The position numbers were made by a program, and so were the translations under genes. From contig NC_087252.1 in assembly GCF_037042905.1 (NCBI RefSeq), positions 21,392,001 to 21,456,000 on the forward strand: a stretch of 64,000 bases of DNA. Reading direction: 5' to 3'. The stretch is from Lytechinus pictus (Eukaryota). Shown here piece after piece: positions 1 to 10,235 of this stretch. The notes below the pieces were generated by a model. It worked only from the letters and a program-made list of their open reading frames with translations. It was not told the DNA's origin and did not search any database. Position 1 is the stretch's first letter, and the number at the start of each line of letters is the position of its first letter.

Positions 1-1504
1 TTATGGGGTGTTGTGTCTGGTTGTGGTTGTGATAATTGGTAGTAATACATTTTCATGCTAATGCTGATAATGTTGGCAGGCATGGATCCAGGAGGCTTAC
101 AGTATGTTTCATCCCTACCCCCCCCCCCCTTATCCCAAAATTTGTTTATTTTTGGGTCAATTTTTGCAAATTTTTCTTGTTCTTCTTAAAGTTAATACTT
201 TCTTGCCTGTAAGATATATATTTTTATAGAATTTATATCATTTTATAATGGAATGATAAGATTTTTCATTTTGAAGAGATCTACTTTCTTGACCCCCCTC
301 CCATTTATGAAATTCTAAATCATTCCTGGGTGTGTAATTAAAAGGTTCAATTCTGAGATTATATTTTTGGTATGATTCCACTATACTGAATATGATTAAC
401 TGTACTTCCGATTTTTAACTTGCAAAATTGAATTGCTGACAGAATCCCCAATTTATTATTTTAAAGGAAAAATGAATGATGTCTGTATTCAGTGTTTGTT
501 TCTGTTTTTTTTTTTTCTCCTTCAATTCATAAAATTTGTTTTTCATTTCATTGATCCCAAATGATTTCAAGAATTTCAGTTATTTCATTCAACAAGAATA
601 CCCTTAAAATATGAAGCCATGACAAATGTACACTTAAACTCTAGAGATGTTTGAATTCATGCAATAAATGTATTAAATTCAATTCCACTCAATATATATT
701 GGTCAACAGGAAATTAATTTTAGGATCTTAGAAGATGTATAAAATATAACTTTCAAGTATATGAAACTATCTGTTGCAAATCAACATATTTGTTGGACAT
801 GGCATGTAAACCAAAGCTGTAACAGAAACCAGAAGAATCATCTTTGCACATGTGAAAATCACAGTCGTATCAATTCATCTATCGAGCTAGGTGGTGAATA
901 GCATTCCGGTCAGATTTTTTTTTTTGAAGGCATTCTCAGTAACCAGAACATAAACGTATTGATCCGTGGGAGTCGGCTGCGATAGCTTACGTTTGTCAAA
1001 AATACTGAGGTTGGATACAGTTGCATGAAACCGGTAGAAGTTGATTCCGAGTGATATGGCATCGCCATGGCAACATGGCATCAACTTTCAAAGTATCTAC
1101 ATATATTCGCGCACTGGTAAGACGAGTTCTTCCTGTAAAAAGCAGTTGCTCAAGAACAAATTTTAAACATTTTATATCCAACTTGACTTTTGTAGATTGT
1201 TAATGTATGTGGGTGCCATATATATTTGAAACCACTCATATAGATTTGAAATAACTCTGAAAGGCTTTTGAATGTAAAAAACCCCTGATAATCTTATGTT
1301 TGTTATTATATTAAATAACATAAATGATGATTGAAAATAAAAATCTGAACAAATGAATACATAGGGAACCTACATGTAATGAAAGGGGGTTTCAAATTGA
1401 CAGACAAGAAGAAGAGACATCTGAAGAGAGAGAGAGAGAAAAAAATGATTACAAATAGGTAATGACAGGAGGGGGGGGGTAGGATTTCATTTTATGTATT
1501 ATTT

Positions 1505-1915
1505 TGGTGCTAAGAGATGTAGTGTGAAACAAAACGGGGCTAAGGAAATGTGGGGCTAAGCATTAAGCCAATCATAGAAGTCGAAATTGCAAGTTAATCG
1601 TGCTCTGTATGGTAAAATCATCCAATATTTATGAGCTGTGTGATAGTCTGGGGTTAAGGCGTTATCCCCGGCCAAGCAGATAGTATGGGGTTAAGAAAGA
1701 CAGTGTAAATCGAAAAAAAGATAGCATGGGGTTAAGGATAGTATGGGGTTAAGCAGTGGCGGACCGTTACCCGGAGGAGACAAAGCATTGGAGGGGCACA
1801 GCATTGTTCACAAACAATACAGTGCCCCTCCAATCAATTGTCTCCTCCGGGTCACGGTCCGCCACTGGGGTTAAGAATTGTATGGGGTTAAGGAAATGCA
1901 GTGTGAAAAGCATAT
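1505..1915 (-). mobile_element. Truncated MITE copy with GGGGTTAAG repeats and a CAGTGTGAAAAGCATA terminus
   Basis: Reverse complement of 4298-4325 joined to 17272-17530; ends TTAAGGAAATGCAGTGTGAAAAGCATAT. Confidence 0.85.
1754..1867. mobile_element. hAT-type MITE (114 bp, palindromic)
   Basis: TIR CAGTGGCGGACCGT..ACGGTCCGCCACTG; perfect 8-bp TSD GGGTTAAG at 1746-1753 and 1868-1875. Confidence 0.9.
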
Positions 1916-2659
1916 TGGAGACGCAAATAAACTAAACTGAGGCTGAAGAAGTCTGGTATTGCACTAATTACTCTCTGGGTTACTTTGCCCAGCTTAACTC
2001 GGAATCAAAGTACAATAGTACTGAGGAATAACAACCAATCAAACTAAAGAGAATGGAAGGATCAAACTAAGACGTAAGAACCAATTAATGAAATTAACCA
2101 ATAAGGAATAAGGTGATGAAGATGATAAAGATGTCTGGGTGATTATGTAATAATGGAAGTAGAAACTAAGGAGTCAGGTGAGGGATGGAATGAGTGGAAC
2201 ACCTGAATAGAGAAGGAATGAAGATGACAAAAAAGGAATTCATTGTTGAGAAGGATGAATGACAACTGAATATCATTAAACTCAAATAACCTAAATTCAG
2301 ATTGCAAGGGCAGTGCTGAAAAGAAATGCAAATTTTAGACTATTTAAACAGAAATGTTAAACAGCTGGAGAAGAAAACACAAGTTAAGGAAATAGAAAAA
2401 AATAGGAAATAACAAAATAACCATCTTACGCTACCACTTATGATTAACAAAGCCATTAATAGCTTCAAATGGCCCAAGTATTAGCGAGGGAATAAATTGT
2501 ATCTCAACATCATCCATGAAAATGTGCATAACGACAATTATATCAGAACCAATAACCCTGAATCTATGTGAGGAAATAAACTTAATTCCTGCTAATTTGA
2601 TAGATGTACAATATGGGAGATTTCTGTGTGTTGTTATTCGTGAAATGGCCCAGGTATTA

Positions 2660-3395
2660 CAGTCCGACCTCTCTTATCCGGCCTCCCCTTATCCGGATCT
2701 CTCTATTATCCGGACGCACATTTGCCGAGATTTTTTTTTTTTTTTTTCAATTCAATCTAGTATGTGAGGAATGAGATTTCAATCTAAACTCAATCCTATG
2801 TGCAAACTCACTTTGATTACATATATTAATTATTTTCCAATATAGTCTACCTACAACATTATTTTTCATGAAAATCACTGAAAGAATTTAGGCAAGATAA
2901 TTTTCCAGTAAATCAGGGCGCAGCGCAAACATTTCATCACGTTCTCTTTTCGTTTCCCGGGAAAAACAATGCGTGTCTCGCTAGCTAACGCTAGGCTTCA
3001 ATACGGACAGCGCCATCTATCATGTTTGAGCCTACAGTCAGTATAACAATGGCTGACATTGGGAAGCTGCGATACCCACCGCGATGATCTAATTGTAAAA
3101 CTTTCATCGAGTCATTCTCTTTCGAGGTATGCTCAATAATTTTAGTAGGTAAACTATCCAACAGTTTTGGCCATCGATCGATTTCATTTCTGTAAAAATA
3201 CCGCCTATAATTTGCACTGACACTGCAGTGAATACTGTCTGTACGCCCAGTACAATAAATAACGTGTAGCTACCGCCGTTAATGTTGGGCAGGCAGCAGC
3301 TGCGTGTATTTAATATTGGGTCTCCCAGATCCGGATAAATCTCTTATCCGGATTGGTGCTGGTCCCAACGTGTCCGGATAAGAGAGGTCGGACTG
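2660..3395. mobile_element. Tc1/mariner (pogo/Tigger-like) non-autonomous element
   Basis: TIR CAGTCCGACCTCTCTTATCCGG..CCGGATAAGAGAGGTCGGACTG; TA on both sides; internal TTATCCGG repeats. Confidence 0.9.
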
Positions 3396-3404
3396 TACTA
3401 TATA

Positions 3405-3607
3405 TGTAATGATATGACGTTATGCCAGGCAAGCACACAGTGTGAACACTCCCTCGGTCATTGTATTAGAAATCACTCAAGTGTATGTACCAACTATTGT
3501 AATGCAGGGATGCAATAGTTGGTACATACACTTGAGTGATTTCAAATACAATGACCAAGGGAGTGTTCACACTATGTGCTTGCCTGGCATAACTCCATAT
3601 CATTACA
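3405..3607. mobile_element. Fold-back palindromic MITE (~200 bp)
   Basis: Arms of ~95 bp (TGTAATGATATG..ATGCCAGGCAAGCAC..) are near-perfect reverse complements. Confidence 0.85.
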
Positions 3608-3836
3608 CTATGGCCAGGAAATTAATTTATTGTGTATATGTCATAGTGCATAATGTAAGGAAAATGTGCATAATGTAAAGACAATTATAAAATAATAGCT
3701 GCAACCTTGAAATTGTTTTAGGAAAAAAACATTATTCCTGTAAATTGAATGGATGTACAAATAATGTAAATCTGATTTCTGTGTTATTAATGTCAAATGG
3801 CCCAATTATTACCAAGGAAATTGTGTGTCAATCTTA

Positions 3837-3947
3837 AAGGGCTTTCACAACTGCTCTTGCGATCGTTCGCGATCATTAGGTCACAATATATGTTGCACAG
3901 AATCACAACGGTTGTAAGCAGTCGCACCACCAATTGTGAAAGGGGCT
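3837..3947. mobile_element. Small PIF/Harbinger-type MITE
   Basis: TTTCACAA..TTGTGAAA imperfect TIR; TTA at 3834-3836 and 3948-3950; removal restores the host repeat motif TCTTAGTGCATAAT. Confidence 0.7.
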
Positions 3948-4297
3948 TTAGTGCATAATCTTTGGAAAATGTGACTTAAGATGATTATCGCAAAACCAGC
4001 AACCTTTAATTCAATGGATGTTTGAGATAATGTGAATCTGATTTTTGTGGTTGTAACTTCAAATGTCCCAAGTATTACTATTAGCCAGGATATCAGTTAT
4101 ATTGTGCCAGTGTGTATGTCTTAATGCATAATCTGGCAATGGTGTATTAAAAAACAATTAGAATCAGAACCAATAACCTTGATTTTGTGTCATAAACATA
4201 AACATAATCCTGCTTATTTGGTGGATATAAAAGATAATGTAATAGCTTGAAATTGCGCAACTAATAATCAGGAAATTAATTGTACGTGTGGAGTCTA

Positions 4298-4325
4298 ATA
4301 TGCTTTTCACATTGCATTTCCTTAA
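4298..4325 (+). mobile_element. Left end of the MITE split by the 13-kb insertion
   Basis: ATATGCTTTTCACATTGCATTTCCTTAA matches the reverse complement of 1888-1915; the element continues at 17272. Confidence 0.85.
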
Positions 4326-4621
4326 GGCGGGACGTCAATATCCGGGAGGGGTGTGCAAACGCGTTTGCACGCCCTCATTACTTTTCATGCACGGGCTTGC
4401 ACGCCACGAAGTTAATGAGGTTGAATTTGCATATCAATAGAGCACCCTTGCGATCATCGCGGAGTGACATAACGAGCCCGTGCAGTCGCGTTCTGGCACT
4501 TCTATTGTTCCCGGGCATTGGACTGGCAAGCCTAGAGGAATTTATTGGCGCGTGTAGAGAAGTTCCTTACCTCAATTGTTTGCCGTGAAATGTTGTGAGG
4601 GTGTAACTACTAGTATAATGA

Positions 4622-5205
4622 ATGACGATGTGTGCCGTAATTAATTGGTTGGAAGGCGTGACAAGTATTCAAAGGGACAAGAACCTGGACGCAAAAATTT
4701 TGCTCCGGCGATTCGCTTATTCATGCTTACACCTTCGTCACATTTGCTATACGGCGGCCGTACGGCGAGTCAATAACAGCCGTTTTAACATTTTATGTAC
4801 GAGCTACATAATGTGGTTTGTATAAAAATGAATAAAACGGCTGCATTCGACTCGCCGTACGGCCGCCCTAGAGCAAATGTGACCAAGGTATTAGTACCTG
4901 ATGATGTGAGCTTCCAAAAATATGTATATAATTCCCGTAAATTCCTGACAAAGATGGAAAGGGAAATAAATTTTGTTTTGGCTACCAGCGGAAGTAAAAT
5001 GCGATCCGTCAAAGCGTTCGATCAACCGCGGCGACCGCGCACAACGTCTACAGGCGCTGGACCCACTGAATCAGCTTGCAGAGCTCTGTTCGCTCCTGAA
5101 GATGTGACTACAACCGTGCCTATAATAATTCCAAAAGCGCTGACAAATACGGCCGCATTGTCACTTGTACGTGATTCCTCCGAATTAGTCCTCAGAAAAG
5201 TTTAG
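4622..5205 (+). pseudogene. Candidate ~140-aa ORF disrupted by MITE 4730-4890; unknown product
   Basis: Both TTA copies are in-frame Leu codons of ORFs 4622.. and 4795..; excision gives one continuous frame. Confidence 0.35.
4730..4890. mobile_element. Palindromic Tourist/Harbinger-type MITE
   Basis: GTCACATTTGCT..CGGCCGTACGGCGAGTC inverted arms; TTA TSD at 4727-4729 and 4891-4893. Confidence 0.9.
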
Positions 5206-5366
5206 TCACGACTCAGTATCGTTCTTGCGGTATACCCGCACGCTTAATATCAGTTTAATAGATACCATGTGCGCGCAAGCATACACAATACAAGGTACTT
5301 GAGGCAGAGCTTTGCCGCTATGAAACAAAATTATCTTTACGCTACGTATAGCTCCAATAGCTCTTG

Positions 5367-6552
5367 CCAACGAACGTAGAGGGCAGCAACACACAAGCGT
5401 GTTGCTCTAAGGAAGGTCAACTCCGCTCGAATTTTGTGACCACTTTAAAAAATAAGGTGGGGTTTTGGGAAATTTGTCGAGTTGATTTTTTTTCATTTGT
5501 TAATTTCAAATATTTTTTAATGAACAATTATTAGATCGGTTATTCTGGGTATAAATATGAAAAATATTACTTTTATTTTTAAAGAAAATATTTAGCTTAA
5601 ATAATCATGATTTTGACATTTTTCCTCATTTTGGAATATTAAGCCTGTAACGAGGATACCTCATATCTCTTATTTTCTTCTGCTGAATTTCGCTGCACCA
5701 CTAATAAATGCATAGACAACCACCGTAATAATCGAGGTCATTTTTCTGGCCTGGGTGCGCCGAGTCTGGGCCGGTCGCGCAGCTAGCTAGTGACGTTGAT
5801 GATGCGCTGGGGCTTCAGGCGACTCGTCATAGATCTAGCAACTTAGACAATGACGTCTAATTTGCCTGGCCTGATTTGAAGTGTAATGGCTTCAGGGCTG
5901 ATGTTTATCAACGATGATTGTTCAAGGTTAGATTTCAAATTTTAAATGTCATTTGACTTTTAAGTCTATAAATCTGAAATAAAGGCGCTGTATCCCCGAA
6001 ATCCGGGTCTAAATTTCAACTCTGAGTCCGAGACCATGGCATGGACGGCGAAAAAACAACCCATGCATCGGATGCATTGCATTGGCTGCGCGCTGCGCTG
6101 CAGCTGCACTGTGATGATGGGTTCAGCGAAGAGCTCAGAGAAAATAAGGTGGTTATATTCAATCCCGAAATGCTTTGCGAGTGGTCACAAAATCGTCTCG
6201 ACGCAAATCACCTAATACAGCCGTCTGGTGAAATCGCTGATAACACAATCACCGATTTGGTAATGATTTTAGTTTCCTGAAACTTATATTTGTAAAGTTT
6301 TAAATATCAAAGTATGTTTTTATATGTATGTATATTCCTCAACATATTTTTAAAGTTATCTTTGATATTGTTGTAGTCATATTCTTTCATATTCGTTTTT
6401 TGATCGCTACTAATTTGTTGTTGTATTGGATCGGCATTTGATTTCGTTGGCATGAACAATAAAATACGCGCGCAGCTCAGTTGCATGCGCGTATCGAGTT
6501 GACCTTCCTTATAGCAACACGCTTGTGTGTTGCTGCCCTCTACGTTCGTTGG
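5367..6552. mobile_element. Non-autonomous DNA transposon with 57-bp TIRs
   Basis: 5367-5423 and 6496-6552 are reverse complements with one mismatch; CTCTTG is duplicated on both flanks. Confidence 0.85.
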
Positions 6553-6738
6553 CTCTTGCTTTTGCAGTAGCGTACGCAGAATTTTTGAAAGGTAGAGTTC
6601 GAGTTCAATGAAAATTTGACAGAGGTTTTCACTCCCCCCCCCCCCATTAGGTCTTTTCATAACAAAAAAATTACAAGCAATTTTTTTTTAATCTAAGTGG
6701 AGGGGGGGGGGGTGAACTCCTGCAACATTCCCTGACCT

Positions 6739-6903
6739 TACCTCGGTCATTTTTGCTCTATGACGGCCGTGCGGCGAGTAAAAAACAACCGTTTTAACAT
6801 TTTTTTTTGTAATAGCTACAAACACGTGGTCTGAATAAAAATTGATAAAACAGGTGTTTCCGACTCACCGTACGGCCGCCGTAGAGCAAATATGACCGAG
6901 GCA
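6739..6903. mobile_element. Second copy of the palindromic MITE family at 4730
   Basis: CCTCGGTCAT..GCTCTA..CGGCCGT arms, colinear with 4730-4890. Confidence 0.85.
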
Positions 6904-7635
6904 TTAGGAACGCAAAATCATGAGGATGGAAACTTGGATAAAGCAATGTTCATTATTCAATATTTGTTATGACTTCTCTTAATATCATGAAATGGCTGAG
7001 CAAATTACTTGTATATTTTTTAAAATAACTCAAAATGATGAAGAAACGAGTATTGATTTGAAATTATGAAATGATGAAGATTGACTTGCATTTTTACATT
7101 ACAAATTTTTATTTTGCTTCTCAAAAGGGGGCATGGACCGACTGTGCCCCCCCCCCCCGCCTGCATCCTCCAATGCTCATGGGTACTAGCATTCGTATTT
7201 ATGCATACAACTTATTGAAATCCTCATCCATTCCCATTTCCCAGTCATGTTCAGTTCATAATCTCCTTTGTTATTCGTTCTTTGAGTAGTTCGTAGTGGT
7301 CAAGAATTTGTTTTAATTATTCTTAAGACCCCAATGCACTTGATTTACTTCGTTTTAGGAAAGATAACTCTTAAAGTCCCTTTGAAGCTTTGAAGTGAAT
7401 GCCCCGGAGCGACTTGAATGGGTTCGATTAACTACACCGTCTCACACGTGTTGCGAACAAAGAAGGTGTGAAAATTACAATTAACAACTAACAATAGGAA
7501 GAATCCGTTTCAACTGAAGTTACGCAACGATCTCTGATAATCTCTAATTGTGCTTTCTTGACCCCAATGAATCCTCCCAAACCACATTGTCCAATGACGG
7601 AACTACTACAAGTAGTCAGCGTTTGTGAAAACGGA

Positions 7636-8250
7636 ATGATGATCGAGGATGATATAATGGTGATGGTAATAATGATGTTGGTCATAATGAAGAAGGATAA
7701 GGAGGATGAGGATGAAAGCGGTGGTAATGATGATGACGATAATAACATTTTTTTGTTTTTTAATCTATAAACATAATGATGTGTGAATAAAAAAAGACAT
7801 TATGATCGTGATGATGACATCGAAAAGAAAGGTAATGATGGCTGATTATGATAATGGTGATGATTATGATTGTAATCCCAACGATGATGGCAATGACAAG
7901 AATGGTGATAATAATAATTATAATGTTGTTATAATGGTGATGGTAATAATGATCGTAATTGATCACGAGAATATTTATTACGACAAGATTGATGATTATG
8001 GTAGCAATATAGTGATGATCAGAGGATAATATTTTGCTGTGGGGGACAATAATGATGCACCCTATGAACAAAGGATATATCCTCTGCGCAGCCGCCCGCG
8101 GTGATGATTTATTAATGTTTTATGATGAATTTATTAATGTTTTATGATGATGACGGTGATAATGACAGTGATGAAGGTGCTGAGATTAATTATGATAATA
8201 ATCCTAGTTTTGATGATTACAATGATTATGATTATGGCGATTGTGATGGC
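7636..8250. repeat. Degenerate (GAT/AAT)n microsatellite
   Basis: Trinucleotide periodicity. Confidence 0.85.
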
Positions 8251-9714
8251 ATGACAGTGGGGGAAGGGGCATGCTTGTCGAGATTGAATTTCATTTGAAA
8301 ATTAAAGGTAGGTCCTAGACTGAACAGTTTCATGAGTGTTTCTCACCAAGGCGAACTTCTACTTCAAGCTAATTACGGAGCTGCAACTCTCTTTAGTTGG
8401 TTCGAGATTCGACCCATGAACCTCATATACAGAGAACGAATGATCAATAACCAGGTAACATAATGGTATACGATGTCAATTATGGACGAATTTTTCTCCT
8501 TATGTCTATTTATCGTATGGTTGACATCACAATGAGGCAAAATTTGATTGCATGGTGACTTCTTAAAAAAAATCCTAAGTTTGGGATTTTTAAGGGGAAG
8601 GTAACACTTATGCTGGATTTTCCCCAACAAATATGATTTTTGAATCTTGTAAGAATGATGGTTGAGTGAACAGGAATTGTAAATTTAGTGTAGCCTATTC
8701 ATCTTGTAGACCTAAGCAGTGTGTTTTGTGAGTCGGAGTAATGTGATGGTACCTGTTACAAGCGAGAGGGCGAGATATGGTAAGACTTGGTTGAAAGGGC
8801 ATTCATCATCTTTTTGTCATTTTACAAATAAAATTCTTATGTATCTCCACCCCCCCTCAATTTCCCAGACCCCTCTCACTTCCTGGATGGTAGCCTATTC
8901 AAAACTTATTTGCCACTGAAGTGACCAGTGGCTGATAGTCATTTTTTTCTCTTCTTTTTATTGAATGATTACCAAGAAATTGACTTGATTATAATTTATG
9001 AAATACTTTATTGAAAAACTGAATGTTTGATTGATTACATTGCCCATTGAAATAGTTGATTTATTGATAAATTGTTGATTGATAGGAAAAGTTGATGCCC
9101 CAATTATCATTAATTAATTAAATTAACATTCTGCTCTGGACTTCACGCGTACATGACAATAAAAATCAGTCACTCAACAGAAGGGGAGGGCGAGAGAGAG
9201 GGAGGGGGCTAAAATGTTCTGTTGACCCTTTTTCCATCAACCTACTTCTCCCACTTACGTCAAATCTCACCCCCTATTTTCCTGACTCCAATGAACACAT
9301 GACTGATTACGACCCTTTATGTGATAATCGCTTCTCTTCAAGTCGGATCTGACTTTTAGATAATAGATAATCTACACATTTTCGTTTCACGAGTCTTATT
9401 ATGGTATCGGCAAAGTGAAAATAAAAGATCAATACAGTCGAGCCATAAGAGAAAAATTACGAGGAAATTAATTACGTGCAAGTCAAATATCTTAAGAGTT
9501 CAGAAAATTTTGAATACAATTAGAGCCAGGGGAGGGGGGGACTTACGAAATAAGGTATACGGTGATGTGCCGCTGAAATGGGTCCCTCTTTTGGAAGAAA
9601 TCTCCGGGAAATCTCTAAACATGGGGTATGGTTTTATGCTGGAAAATCCCTAAACATGCATGGCCCAAATTTTTAGATACTTGCTTTTAGATACATGGGT
9701 TCATGCCCCCAATG

Positions 9715-10235
9715 TTTGTCTCGCCCACCGGAGGTGAAGGCGAGACTTAGGGAACCAAATGTCGTCCGTCGTCCGTCCGTCACAAATCTAATGACACATA
9801 ACTCCACAACCGTAAGTCGATTTTCAACCAAACTTGGATGGTAGATGGACTTGGGGGACCTGCATGTTATGCTGCAGTCGGAGGTCACATGGTAAGGTCA
9901 AAGGTCATTTTCAGGTCAACGTTAAAGTTTACATGCAAGACTCTCTTATGACACCTAACTCCGCAACCGTAAGTCGCTTTTCAACCAAACTTGGATGGTA
10001 GATGGACTTGGGGGACCTGCATGTCATGCTGCAGTCAGAGGTCACCTGGTAAGGTCAAAGGTCATTTGCAGGTCAACCTTAAAGTTTATGTACAAGGCTC
10101 TTATGACAAGTGTTATTCCATCCCAGTCATTTCACAATGAAGTTTCAATATAATTCTCTTGCGTGCCCTCGCAAATCACGATATTTCTGGTCATTTTCAT
10201 AAGTGGGCGAGACACAAAATTGCTTTTGCCTTGTT
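9715..10235 (+). mobile_element. DINE-1/Helentron-associated (HINE-like) element
   Basis: 5' TTTGTCTCGCC..GGCGAGAC inverted pair, (CCGT)n, two ~157-bp AGGTCA-rich units, 3' GGCGAGAC then CTTGTT; T-rich junctions without TSD. Confidence 0.75.

Larger units (their letters stand above)
2450..4297 (+). repeat. Degenerate ~175-190 bp tandem repeat (left part), interrupted by MITEs
   Basis: Motif AAATGGCCCAAGTATTAGCCAGGAAATT...GTGCATAAT recurs at about 2468, 2643, 3796, 4061 and 4249. Confidence 0.8.
5320..8463 (+). pseudogene. Possible decayed secreted-protein (FGF/beta-trefoil-like) cargo gene
   Basis: Signal-peptide-like stretch after removing insertion 5367-6552; fragments LLQVVSVCENG (~7603) and KIKG..TEQF/MSVSHQGELLLQANYGAATLF (~8299-8400). 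Needs frameshifts and reads through a stop. Confidence 0.25.

Noticed and set aside
940..1120. GST-theta-like words (ESAAIAYVCQKY, WQH) before a GTAAG donor-like site
   Set aside because: Stop codon immediately after, different frames and too short to support.
1650..1895. Telomere-like GGGTTA repeats (also 39855-39930 and 62675-62730)
   Set aside because: Spaced motifs inside MITEs, not tandem (TTAGGG)n.
6041..6660. 79-aa and 117-aa ORFs as a transposase
   Set aside because: They lie in or across a non-autonomous TIR element and show no DDE motifs.
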